Shown here: positions 39,002 to 48,790 of the stretch, piece by piece
Layout of the letters: each line of letters begins with the position of its first letter
Numbering within the stretch: position 1 is the stretch's first letter
Assembly: GCA_039589315.1 (NCBI GenBank)
Contig: JBDHHQ010000021.1
Location: 1 to 64,000 of the forward strand
Reading direction: 5' to 3'
DNA length: 64,000 nucleotides
DNA from: Gemmatimonadota bacterium
GTDB lineage: Bacteria; Gemmatimonadota; Gemmatimonadetes; Longimicrobiales; Gaopeijiaceae
The notes under the pieces: generated by a model
What the model was told of the DNA's origin: nothing
What the model saw: only the letters and a program-made list of their open reading frames with translations
Databases searched by the model: none
Made by a program: the position numbers and the translations under genes

Positions 39002-39231
39002 TGGCTCATCGCTGGATCCCCATGCTGGTGCTGGTGCTCCTGGTCGCTCTGCCCGAGGCGATCTTCGCCTGTCCCGTCTGCTTCGACGCGAGCGCCGAGA
39101 ACCGCGTAGCGTTTCTGAAGACCGCCATCGCTCTGTCGGTCCTGCCATTGGGACTGGTGGGAGGGACAGGCCTGTGGCTACGCAAGCGGTGGCGGGAGCT
39201 GTCCGGCGAGTCGGACGAAGATCTGGGCTGA
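39001..39231 (+). CDS. Small membrane protein with CPVC motif
   Basis: Signal peptide ending IFA-CPVCF, then one TM helix; abuts the previous stop. Confidence 0.75.
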   Translation: MAHRWIPMLVLVLLVALPEAIFACPVCFDASAENRVAFLKTAIALSVLPLGLVGGTGLWLRKRWRELSGESDEDLG

Positions 39232-39407
39232 CGAGGTCCTCCATCCACATTCCTGCCGGTCCAATCTCGGCAGAGCCGCAGGATCAACTCTCAGCTCAAC
39301 TCCAAGCCGCTCCGTCAGTCCTCGGCATGCCTGCGAAGACAAAGGAGCGGAGGCAAGCGGTTGGTGGAGGGCGGAGGCTGCCTGAGGGTACGACGGCAGG
39401 CTGGCCT

Positions 39408-39956
39408 CTAGGCCGGGGTGCCGCTCAAGTCCGCTACGTCGTTCCCCGCGTTGGCGCTCTCCCCCTGCTCCGCCTCGGCAGAGAGATGGGCTCTCCGGAG
39501 GAACGCCGTCATGGCTGTGGCCGTGAGCGCGTTGGCGACCAGGATGCTGCCCGCCCCGATCCGCCCGGCCACTCCTGGCATGATTACGCTGGCGCTCATC
39601 AGGAATCCGGCGGAGGAGAGCACGAAGAGCGCGCCGGCGGAGGCCGAGAAGGAAGTGGCGCGCGCCTCGACGAAACGGACGACCCAGGAGGCCAAGAGGC
39701 CCAGTATCATGAACGCGAGGATGTGGACGATCGTGGTCAGCGCCACCGCGTCGAGCCGGACCGCGCTCACGGCATCTGCGGCCTCGCCGAAGAACAGCAC
39801 GCTGCCCACCAGTGAGGGCGTGAAGAGCGGTTGCCCACCGATCGTGTCGAGCACCAGGAAGAAGAGCGCGACGACGGCCCCGCCAATGGCACCGGAGTAG
39901 AACGACTCGTACAGGACATCGGCCATCGTGGGCGGGCGGTGGTTCTCGTGCGTCAT
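39408..39956 (-). CDS. Hypothetical membrane protein (about 4-5 TM)
   Basis: Purine-rich RBS; GAIGGAVVALFFLVLD...GQPLFTPSLVGS, TIVH. Confidence 0.75.
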   Translation of the reverse strand: MTHENHRPPTMADVLYESFYSGAIGGAVVALFFLVLDTIGGQPLFTPSLVGSVLFFGEAADAVSAVRLDAVALTTIVHILAFMILGLLASWVVRFVEARATSFSASAGALFVLSSAGFLMSASVIMPGVAGRIGAGSILVANALTATAMTAFLRRAHLSAEAEQGESANAGNDVADLSGTPA

Positions 39957-40236
39957 CGGACCTCTCCCTCCGGGCAACCAGGAGCCCGGACCTGCCGTAG
40001 TAGGCTCTACTCCCCCGAAAGCGTGAGCCTCTGGCGGAGTTCCGTGCGGAATGGCATCGATCGACCCGGGGGAGGGGAGACCCGGGACGGTCGCGCCGAG
40101 GTCCGCTGTGGGAATAAAGGCAACAGTAGGGCCTTCGCGCCCCCTTGGCGAGGGGCCCGGGGGCGGTGGTGCGTCGGTGGGCCCGATTGCCCGGCGGGTA
40201 CCCGGTGCCGACCGCTGCCGAGGGCGCCCTCGAGGC

Positions 40237-41622
40237 TCATCTGGCCTTGGCGTCGGCGTCGCCCAGGTAGATCCGCCCCCCCTTCATGACCCAGGTCACT
40301 CGCTCCAGCTCGGTGATGTCCTCGAGCGGGTCGCCGGCGACGGCGATGAGGTCAGCGAGCTTGCCGGCCTCGACGGAACCGAGCCGGTCGTCCCAACCCA
40401 TGATCGTGGCATTGAGGCTGGTCGCCGCCACGATGGCGTCCATCTCGCTCTCGCCGAGCTCGATGCGGATCGCGAACTCTCGGGCGTTGTGGCCGTGGGG
40501 GAACACTCCGGCGTCCGTGGCGAACCCGATGGTGAGCCCTGCTTCCAGGGCCCGCTGGAAGGTGGCGTTCCGGTATTTCATCATCTCCCGGGAGCGCTCG
40601 ATCTCGGCGGGTGGGATGCCGAGCTCGGCCCCGTCGCGGACCACTACGGCCCCCACGTAGAGGGTGGGCACGTAGTACGTATAGCCGCTGGCCAGGAGCA
40701 TCCGGATCCCCTCGTCGTCCATCATCGAACCGTGGTCGATGGTGCGGACGCCAGCGCGGATCGCGGCCTTGATGCCCTCGGCTCCATGTGCGTGGGAAGC
40801 AACGAAGCGGCCCCATCGGTTTGCCTCCACCACGGCCACCGCGATCTCCTCGTCGGAGTACTGCTGAGCCCCCGGCGGGATGCCCCTGGACAGGACCGCA
40901 CCGGTGCTGAGGATCTTGATGAAGTCCGCGCCGTGCTTGAAGTTCGTGCGCACGGCCGCCCGGACCGCGTCGACCCCGTCGGCCAGGTTCCGTACGACGG
41001 GGACGTCTACGTAGATCGAGAACTGGCGGGCGTCGCCGGCGCCCCCCGTGGCTGACACGTAGTTGCCGGCCACGGACATCCTGGGCCCCGGTACGAGCCC
41101 CTCGTCGATGGCGTTCCGGAGGTCCACGTCGGTGTAGGGCCACGTCGGGCCCATGTCCCGCACGGTCGTGAAGCCGGCCTCGAGGGTGACACGGGCGTTG
41201 TAGGCGCCGGAGAGCGCGGCGTAGCCGGGCGTCGTGGTGACGAGCTCCTCCTCCCAGGTCACGTTGGTGCTGCCGGACAGGTGGGTGTGGAGGTCGATGA
41301 GGCCGGGCAGCACCGTGGCGTCGCCCAGGTCGATCACGCGAGCGCCCGACGGGATCGCGGATGCGTCACCGACGGCTCTGATGCGCTCGCCCTGGATCAC
41401 GACCGCACCGTTCTGGATGGGTGGGGCGCCCGTGCCGTCGATGATCCGAGCGGCACGGACCGCGAGGGTCTCGCCCTCCTGTCCCAGGGCCGGCAGGGGC
41501 ATGACGGCCAGGAGCCCCACCATCACCGACGCTGCGTGCACGCGGCGCCGGTCCGGGGTGAATCGGCGACGCCCACCGAGAGCGGGCGATACGGTCCGGC
41601 GGAGCTCATTCGAAGGAAGCAT
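40237..41622 (-). CDS. Secreted metal-dependent amidohydrolase (Xaa-Pro dipeptidase-like)
   Basis: LPGLIDLHTH, GFTTVRD, GADFIK, ASHAHG, IDHG, FATDAG, GKLADLIAV; AGGAG RBS. Confidence 0.9.
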   Translation of the reverse strand: MLPSNELRRTVSPALGGRRRFTPDRRRVHAASVMVGLLAVMPLPALGQEGETLAVRAARIIDGTGAPPIQNGAVVIQGERIRAVGDASAIPSGARVIDLGDATVLPGLIDLHTHLSGSTNVTWEEELVTTTPGYAALSGAYNARVTLEAGFTTVRDMGPTWPYTDVDLRNAIDEGLVPGPRMSVAGNYVSATGGAGDARQFSIYVDVPVVRNLADGVDAVRAAVRTNFKHGADFIKILSTGAVLSRGIPPGAQQYSDEEIAVAVVEANRWGRFVASHAHGAEGIKAAIRAGVRTIDHGSMMDDEGIRMLLASGYTYYVPTLYVGAVVVRDGAELGIPPAEIERSREMMKYRNATFQRALEAGLTIGFATDAGVFPHGHNAREFAIRIELGESEMDAIVAATSLNATIMGWDDRLGSVEAGKLADLIAVAGDPLEDITELERVTWVMKGGRIYLGDADAKAR

Positions 41623-41746
41623 CGTCACGCTCTCCTGCATCTCGAGTCCGTGGGGCCGGTCGGCGCCCCGGAGGTCGTCGCCATCAAGTCGCAGCTGAGT
41701 GACCTGCACCCAGAGCCGGACGCCCGCGCCACCCCGCTCCCGGTCC

Positions 41747-44700
41747 TCATCCGATCGGGCCGTCCTGTTCGTCGTCCGAGATCACGGCCGTGTCCCGCTC
41801 CGGCGCCTCGATCATGGGCAGGCCCGCCTCCTGGATGCGGCGGTTCAGGTCGCTCACGTCTTCCTGGATGATCCGCTCAATCTCGCGGCTCAGGTCCTGA
41901 AGTGAGGTGTCGAACACCTCGATCCACTGGTCTTGCTGTGCGTTGGGCCCTTCACTCACGGTCCCCACGTCACCGAGCATCGCGCTGATCCTGTCCCGTA
42001 GCATGGCCGGTGACCGGTAGCCGCCGGGCTCGCTCACCAACTCCCCGCGGACCGTCTCCAGATCCTCGTGGATCGTGCGTGCGTCCCCCGCCAGGACCCC
42101 CGGCTGACCTTCCTCATCCTCGTAGCGATCGGCGAAGGTCTCCAGTCCCTCCTGGACCGCTTCGGCGTCCTCGATGGACGTGTCCGCGGCGTACCGCATC
42201 CGGGCCAGGCGCCGGGCGGCCTCCACCTGGGCGATGACGTCCGCCTCCGTAACGCGGGCCTCGGGGTCCATGCGGACCTGGAGAAGCTTGGTGAGCTCGG
42301 CCTCGCCCACCGCCAGCCGCACGGTGTAGACGCCCGGTGGCACGCGCACCAACGGATTGGATTGCGCAAAGGGATTCCCCCCACCGCCTTCGCCCATGGG
42401 ATCGTAGTCCAGCGCCCAGTGGACACGGTTCACTCCGGTGTGTCCGGTGGCCTCCAACGTCCGGATCACGCTCTCGCCATTCTCCACCGTGAGCGACACG
42501 TCGGCTTCCGGCTCCGCGTCCAGGTAGTACGAGATCGTGGCCACGCTACCCGGGTTGTCTCCCTTGAAGGCGCCTTGTGCCAGGAAGGGCTTGTTGAACT
42601 GCATCTGGAAGCGCGTGGCCGTGGGTGGATCGAACAGATAGGTGCCGGCCATCCGCCCCTCGGCCAGTTGCTGGAGGGGCGTGAGGTCGTCCAGGATCCA
42701 GATGCTCCGGCCGTGGGTGCCCACGATCAGGTCGTTGTCCCGGGGGTGGATCAGAAGGTCGTTCACCGGGGCGGGGGGCAGCGAGCCGCCGCTGAGCTCG
42801 GTCCAGCTCCCGCCCGCGTCGAAGGAGGCGAAGAGCCCGAACTCGGATCCCACGTACAGGAGGTTCGCGTTCATGGGGTCCTCCCGGACGACGTGCAGGT
42901 ACCCGAAGTCCGGCAGATCGGCCGTGATGTTCTCCCACGTCTGTCCGAAGTCCCGGGTGCGGAACAGGTAGGGTGCCATGTCGTCCAGCCGGTGCCGATC
43001 GAAGGAGGCGTAGGCCGTGCCGGCATCGTGATGGGACGCGTCGATGCGGGACACCCACGACTCGGGCGGCAGACCCGGCACGCTCTCGGTGACGTTGGAC
43101 CAGGTCGCTCCCCCGTCCTGGGTGACCTGCACCAGGCCGTCGTCCGTCCCCACCCAGACGACACCGGCCTGCACCGGCGACTCCGAGATGGTGTGGATGG
43201 TCGTGTGGTACTCGGCGCTGGTGTTGTCAGTCGTGATCGGTCCGCCCGATGCGATCTGCTTGGCGGGATCGTCGGTGGTCAGGTCGGGGCTGATCTCGGT
43301 CCACGACCGCCCCCCGTCGTCGGTCCGATGGAGGACGTTGGAGCCGAAATAGACCACCGTCGGATCGTGGGGCGACAGATGGATGGGTGAGTTCCAGTTG
43401 AACCGGTACGGGTGATCGCCGGCCGCGGCGCCCTGGAGTGAGACCGGATAGGGCTGGATGGACTGCTTCTCTCCGCTGGTCTGGTCCACCCGGACGATGT
43501 TCCCGTAGTGGGCGTTCGTGTAGACGGTGGTCCAGTCCGTGGGGTCGATCTGGGCGTAGTAGCCGTCGCCGAAGTGGATGATGTACCAGTTGTCGTTGAC
43601 CAGGCCCACGGTCTCCCGCGTCTCCGACGGGCCGCACCAGACTCCGTTGTCCTGGAGGCCGCCGCAGACCCAGTACGGATCCCGCATGTCCGCGCCGATC
43701 TGATAGAATTGGCCCAGTGGCACCCGGTTCAGGTATTGGAACGACTCTCCCCGGTCCCGGGACAGGTAGACGCCGCCGTCGTTCCCGTTGAGGATGAACC
43801 GGGGGTCCTCGGGGTCGATCCACATGGACTGGTGGTCGGGGTGAATGTCCTCGCCGAGCCGCTCCCAGGTGCGCCCGCCGTCCGTGGAGACCATCAGTCG
43901 GCCGCTGAGGGAGTAGAGGCGCTCGCTGGTGGCCGGGTCCACACGCATGTCGGTGAAGTAGAAGGGGCGGGAGTTCACGTTGCCGTCTTCGGTGACCACC
44001 CGCCACGTCCTGCCCCGGTCGTCGGAGCGCCAGACCTGGCCGTCGTGGGTGGACTCGATCATGGCGTAGACCACGTCGGCATCGCTCGGGGCTACCGCCA
44101 CGCCGATTCGCCCCAGCGCCCCCTCGGGTAAGCCGTTGTCGGGCGCCGCGTCGGTGAGCGCCTCCCACGTGTCGCCTCCGTCCGCCGAGCGCCACAGCCC
44201 GCTGCCCGGACCGCCGGAGCGGAAGTACCACGGCTGCCGGCGGAAGTCGTACATGGCGGCGTACAGGATCCTCGGGTTGGCCGGGTCCATGGCCAGGTCG
44301 GCCGCGCCCGTGGTGTCATCGACGTACAGGATTCTGTCCCACGTTGCACCGCCGTCGGTGGAGCGAAAGATGCCCCGATCAGGATGGTCCCCCCACTCGT
44401 GGCCCAGAGCGGCCACGTAGACGACGTCCGGATCGGTGGGGTGGATGCGGATCCGGGTGATCTTCTCCGTGCCGCCCAACCCCAGAGACGTCCAGGTCTC
44501 GCCGGCGTCCACGCTGCGCCACACCCCCCGACCCACTGAAGCGCTGTTCCGGGGGTTGCCCTCACCTGTGCCCACGTAGATGACGTTGGGATCCGACGGT
44601 GCTACGGCGATGGCGCCGATGCTGGGCACGCCGATCTCGTCGAAGATGGGCTCGAACGTGACGCCCCCGTTCCGCGTACGGAAGACGCCTCCCGACGCAT

Positions 44701-44902
44701 GACCGAAGTAGAACGTGAGCTGGTCGCCCGGGACGCCGGCGATGGCGGCCACCCGCCCGCCCATGATGGCGGGACCGATGGAGCGGAACTCCAGGGCGGC
44801 GAGGGCTTCGTCCGGCCCGTCCTGGCCCGTCAAGGCGGGCGGCCCTGCGAGCACGACGGAGAGGAGGAAGCTCAGGGCAGGCAGGATCAGTCGGACATGC
44901 AT
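41747..44902 (-). CDS. VPS10/BNR (Asp-box) repeat beta-propeller glycosyl-hydrolase-like protein
   Basis: Signal peptide; FRSIGPAIMGGR; many SxDGGxTW Asp-boxes; GGLQDNG; GTHGRSIWILDD; helical C-terminus. Confidence 0.9.
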   Translation of the reverse strand: MHVRLILPALSFLLSVVLAGPPALTGQDGPDEALAALEFRSIGPAIMGGRVAAIAGVPGDQLTFYFGHASGGVFRTRNGGVTFEPIFDEIGVPSIGAIAVAPSDPNVIYVGTGEGNPRNSASVGRGVWRSVDAGETWTSLGLGGTEKITRIRIHPTDPDVVYVAALGHEWGDHPDRGIFRSTDGGATWDRILYVDDTTGAADLAMDPANPRILYAAMYDFRRQPWYFRSGGPGSGLWRSADGGDTWEALTDAAPDNGLPEGALGRIGVAVAPSDADVVYAMIESTHDGQVWRSDDRGRTWRVVTEDGNVNSRPFYFTDMRVDPATSERLYSLSGRLMVSTDGGRTWERLGEDIHPDHQSMWIDPEDPRFILNGNDGGVYLSRDRGESFQYLNRVPLGQFYQIGADMRDPYWVCGGLQDNGVWCGPSETRETVGLVNDNWYIIHFGDGYYAQIDPTDWTTVYTNAHYGNIVRVDQTSGEKQSIQPYPVSLQGAAAGDHPYRFNWNSPIHLSPHDPTVVYFGSNVLHRTDDGGRSWTEISPDLTTDDPAKQIASGGPITTDNTSAEYHTTIHTISESPVQAGVVWVGTDDGLVQVTQDGGATWSNVTESVPGLPPESWVSRIDASHHDAGTAYASFDRHRLDDMAPYLFRTRDFGQTWENITADLPDFGYLHVVREDPMNANLLYVGSEFGLFASFDAGGSWTELSGGSLPPAPVNDLLIHPRDNDLIVGTHGRSIWILDDLTPLQQLAEGRMAGTYLFDPPTATRFQMQFNKPFLAQGAFKGDNPGSVATISYYLDAEPEADVSLTVENGESVIRTLEATGHTGVNRVHWALDYDPMGEGGGGNPFAQSNPLVRVPPGVYTVRLAVGEAELTKLLQVRMDPEARVTEADVIAQVEAARRLARMRYAADTSIEDAEAVQEGLETFADRYEDEEGQPGVLAGDARTIHEDLETVRGELVSEPGGYRSPAMLRDRISAMLGDVGTVSEGPNAQQDQWIEVFDTSLQDLSREIERIIQEDVSDLNRRIQEAGLPMIEAPERDTAVISDDEQDGPIG

Positions 44903-45114
44903 GGTCGCGTCCCCCGGGATAACACGTGCAGGTCTGGGCAGGAAGAAGAGATTAGAATAGGGGGGAGGCCCCGTGCCGTCGATGCGGGGTAGCACCGAGT
45001 CCCTCCCGGGTCGGCTCGGGACCGGTCCCAGGATGGCGGCGGGGAGCGAGACCGCTAGCCGAACATGCGTGGTTCAGGACCCGGTCTCCAAGACCGATTA
45101 CACCGGAGCGAAGG

Positions 45115-45777
45115 ATGTTCCCACAGGCTCATGGCGCGATCCGACCTGCGGCTCCGGCCGTGAACGAGGAATCCTCCGCTCGTCCGGTGCTGCTACAGCG
45201 AGGACGCCGTCTCGAATACCTGACCATCGGCTGGAACGTCGTGGAGGCCGGGGTGTCCATCGCCGCCGGCGTTGTGGCCGGGAGCACGGCGTTGATCGGC
45301 TTCGGCATCGACGCCGCTATCGAAAGCGCCTCGGGTGCCACGCTGCTCTGGCGACTGCAGGACTCGGAGCACGCTGAGGCCCGGGAGGAAACAGCGCTCA
45401 AGCTGGTGGGCCTGTCATTCCTGCTCCTGGCGGCGTGGGTGGCTTACGACGCCGTGCAGACGCTGCTTGCGCAGAGCGCACCCGACGCGAGCCCTGCCGG
45501 GATCGTCATCGCGTCCCTCTCGCTGGTGGTCATGCCCTGGTTGGCGTGGCGGAAGCGGCGGGTGGCCGCGCTTCTGTCGAGTCGAGCGCTGCAGGCCGAC
45601 TCGCGACAGACCTCGCTGTGCGCCTACCTCTCGGCGATCCTCTTGGGCGGACTCACGCTCAACGCCCTGTTGGGGTGGTGGTGGGCCGATCCCGTGGCCG
45701 CTTTGATCATGGTGCCGATCATCACGAACGAGGGGGTCGAGGCGCTCCGGGGAGAGCGGTGCGACGACAGGTGCTGA
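45115..45777 (+). CDS. Cation-efflux (CDF-like) transporter, TM domain only
   Basis: WNVVEA, ALIGFGIDAAIE, ALQADSRQT, WWWADP. Confidence 0.85.
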   Translation: MFPQAHGAIRPAAPAVNEESSARPVLLQRGRRLEYLTIGWNVVEAGVSIAAGVVAGSTALIGFGIDAAIESASGATLLWRLQDSEHAEAREETALKLVGLSFLLLAAWVAYDAVQTLLAQSAPDASPAGIVIASLSLVVMPWLAWRKRRVAALLSSRALQADSRQTSLCAYLSAILLGGLTLNALLGWWWADPVAALIMVPIITNEGVEALRGERCDDRC

Positions 45778-46102
45778 GGATGGTCGCCGGATAGGAGCCG
45801 GGGGGTGCCGTGCAACGACGCGACGGGGATGGGCCTGGCCCCGCACAGCGACGCAGATCGAGCCCGCCGTCTCGGCGTCACTACCTTGTTCGGTCGTGCT
45901 CCCGTCCGCAAACTAATGCCCCGTTGGCGGAGGATCTCAGCCGGTCGGCGGCACGGGCCTCCGTCGGAGCTCGGTGCGCGGCCGCGGCCGCTGCCACGAC
46001 GCCTCACCCTGGTCCCGCGTGCACATTCCCCTTCGGTCCGTCAGTGTAGGGCCTTGGGCGACAGGGCTCGACGCCCGTACCTGTAACGGAGCAGCCTGAC
46101 CC

Positions 46103-47470
46103 ATGCGTTTCACCAGCACTGATCCATCGAGCGGCGAGGTGATCGCCGAGTATCCTTCGTTGACCGACGCCGAGGTAGCGGAGGTCCTGACTCGCGCGGA
46201 CATGGCGTTCCGGTCATGGCGGCGTGTGGATTCGTCCTCGCGGGCCCGAGTCCTGACCGCCACGGCCGGCGTTCTGCGTGACCGGCTGGAGGACCTCGCG
46301 CGCCTCGTGACGCAGGAGATGGGCAAACCCCTGGACCAGGCTCGGGCCGAGGTGGAGAAGTGCGCCTGGGTATGCGAGTACTACGCAGCCGAGGGGACGG
46401 ACCACCTCGCACCGGTCGCCGTCGAGACCGACGCGTTCCGCAGCATGGTGGCCTTCGAGCCCCTGGGTGTGATCCTGGCCATCATGCCGTGGAACTTCCC
46501 TTTGTGGCAGGTCGTGCGGTTCGCGGCGCCCACGCTGATGGCCGGCAACGCAGCCCTCCTCAAGCACGCGCCCACCACTCAGGGATGCGCACACGCCATC
46601 GAGGACGTGTTCCTCGAGGCCCGGCTTCCCGGCGGCGTCTTCCAGAACCTGCCCGTCGACGTGGACGCGATTCCCGGCATCATCGCAGACCCGAGGGTGG
46701 CAGCGGTCACGCTGACCGGAAGCACCCGGGCGGGTAAGGCGGTGGCTGCCACGGCGGGCGCCCACATAAAGAAGACGGTGCTGGAGCTGGGCGGGAGCGA
46801 CCCGTACCTGATCCTGGAGGACGCGGACCTGGATGCCGCGGCGGCCCAGTGCACGACCGGCAGGCTGATCAACTCCGGGCAGAGCTGCATCGCGGCCAAG
46901 CGGTTCATCGTAGTCGCGTCGGTCATGGACGACTTCAGGGAGCGGGTGCTGGCCAGGATGGGCGCGGCCGTGATGGGCGATCCCCTGAACCCGGCCACCC
47001 ACGTCGGCCCCATGGCGCGGAAGGACCTCCGGGACACGCTCCGCGATCAGGTGGCGCGTAGCGTCCGGGCCGGCGCCCTCTGTCTGCTCGGCGGCCAGGT
47101 CCCCGAGCGCCCGGGCTGGTTCTATCCGCCGACGGTGCTGAGCGACGTCCGCCCGGGCATGGCCGCTTTCGACGAGGAGCTGTTCGGGCCCGTCGCGACC
47201 CTTATCGAGGCGCGGGACGAGGTGGATGCGATCGAGTTGGCCAATCGGACACGCTACGGCCTGTCCGCTGCGGTCTTCACGCGCGACCTGGAGCGGGGCG
47301 AGCGGATCGCCCGGGAGCGCATCGAGGCCGGAGCCTGCTTCGTGAACGCGTTCGGCCGCTCCGACCCCCGCCTTCCCTTCGGTGGAATCAAGGAGAGCGG
47401 ATACGGTCGGGAGCTCTCGGAGTTCGGGATCCGGGAGTTCGTGAACATCAAGACCGTCTGGGTCGCTTGA
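46103..47470 (+). CDS. NAD(P)-dependent succinate-semialdehyde dehydrogenase-like aldehyde dehydrogenase
   Basis: IMPWNFPLWQ, LLKHA, LTGS, LELGGSD, NSGQSCIAAKR, EELFGP, PFGGIKESGYGRE. Confidence 0.92.
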   Translation: MRFTSTDPSSGEVIAEYPSLTDAEVAEVLTRADMAFRSWRRVDSSSRARVLTATAGVLRDRLEDLARLVTQEMGKPLDQARAEVEKCAWVCEYYAAEGTDHLAPVAVETDAFRSMVAFEPLGVILAIMPWNFPLWQVVRFAAPTLMAGNAALLKHAPTTQGCAHAIEDVFLEARLPGGVFQNLPVDVDAIPGIIADPRVAAVTLTGSTRAGKAVAATAGAHIKKTVLELGGSDPYLILEDADLDAAAAQCTTGRLINSGQSCIAAKRFIVVASVMDDFRERVLARMGAAVMGDPLNPATHVGPMARKDLRDTLRDQVARSVRAGALCLLGGQVPERPGWFYPPTVLSDVRPGMAAFDEELFGPVATLIEARDEVDAIELANRTRYGLSAAVFTRDLERGERIARERIEAGACFVNAFGRSDPRLPFGGIKESGYGRELSEFGIREFVNIKTVWVA

Positions 47471-47480
47471 GGGGCGGACA

Positions 47481-48734
47481 ATGGAGGTCTTTCACGTCGT
47501 TGCGGCCCTCATGGCGCTGGCCGCCGTCTTCGCCTGGCTCAACCACCGCTACCTGAAGCTGCCGACCACGATCGGACTGCTGGTCATCTCCATGGTCTTC
47601 TCCCTGGCGATGGTTCTGCTCGGCGCGGCGGGGGTTCGCTTCCAGGGACTGCGCGACCTGCTCCTGGCGGTCGACTTCGACCAGGCGCTGCTCCACGGCA
47701 TGCTGGGAGCGCTACTGTTTGCCGGGGCGCTGCACGTCAACCTGGACGACCTGGCCGAGCAGAAGTGGGTGGTCCTACTGCTCGCCACCGTCGGCGTAAT
47801 CACGTCCACGGCGCTGGTGGGCCTGGGAACGTGGTGGCTGCTCGACGCCCTCGGCGTCGGGTTGCCCCTCGTCTTTTGCCTGCTGTTGGGCGCGTTGATC
47901 TCACCGACCGATCCCATCGCGGTGGGGGCGATTCTCCGAAACCTCGGCGCACCGCGGCGCCTCATGACCACAATCACCGGCGAGTCCCTGTTCAACGACG
48001 GGATCGGGGTGGTGCTGTTCCTCGTGCTCCTGGGGATCGCCACCGGTGGCCACGGGAGCGACGCGACGGCAGCGGGAGTGCTTCAGCTCCTCGTGGTGGA
48101 AGTGGGCGGTGGCGTCGTCTGGGGTGCGTTGCTGGGTCTCGTGGCGTACGGAATGCTGAAGAGCGTGGACAACTACCAGGTGGAGATCATGGTCACACTC
48201 GCCCTGGTGACCGCCGGCTACGCCATGGCCGACCGACTCCACATCTCCGGCCCCCTGGCCATGGTCGTGGCAGGGCTGCTGATCGGGAACCACGGTCGCC
48301 GATTCGCCATGTCCGAGCGCACCCAGGAGCGCCTGGACGGATTCTGGGAGCTGGTGGATGAGCTCCTTAACGCGCTCCTGTTCGTGATGATCGGCGTCGA
48401 GGTGCTCGTGCTCGCGTTCTCCATCCCTGCGGTCATCGCGGGGGTCGCCATGATCCCGCTGACCCTGGCCGCTCGCTGGATCGCCGTGAGCATCCCGCTC
48501 ACCGCCCTTCGGGGACGCCACGGCCTCCCGCGGCGGGCGGCCGAGATCCTGACCTGGGCGGGCCTCAGGGGCGGGATCTCGGTGGCACTGGCACTCTCCC
48601 TCCCGGCTGGTCCCGAGCGGGACCTGACGCTCACGATCACCTACATCGTGGTGGCGTTCTCCATTGTCGCTCAGGGGCTGACCGTAGAGGCTGTAGTACG
48701 GCGGTTGGTGGAGGATCCGCCGGCTGAAGGGTAA
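47481..48734 (+). CDS. nhaP: CPA1-family Na+/H+ antiporter
   Basis: LLFAGALH, ISPTDPIAV, GESLFNDG, WAGLRGGIS. Confidence 0.92.
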   Translation: MEVFHVVAALMALAAVFAWLNHRYLKLPTTIGLLVISMVFSLAMVLLGAAGVRFQGLRDLLLAVDFDQALLHGMLGALLFAGALHVNLDDLAEQKWVVLLLATVGVITSTALVGLGTWWLLDALGVGLPLVFCLLLGALISPTDPIAVGAILRNLGAPRRLMTTITGESLFNDGIGVVLFLVLLGIATGGHGSDATAAGVLQLLVVEVGGGVVWGALLGLVAYGMLKSVDNYQVEIMVTLALVTAGYAMADRLHISGPLAMVVAGLLIGNHGRRFAMSERTQERLDGFWELVDELLNALLFVMIGVEVLVLAFSIPAVIAGVAMIPLTLAARWIAVSIPLTALRGRHGLPRRAAEILTWAGLRGGISVALALSLPAGPERDLTLTITYIVVAFSIVAQGLTVEAVVRRLVEDPPAEG

Positions 48735-48790
48735 GCCCGGCCCACGCCTATCCACTTGATGATCGGCGGCTTGGCCCCCACCATGCCCCG

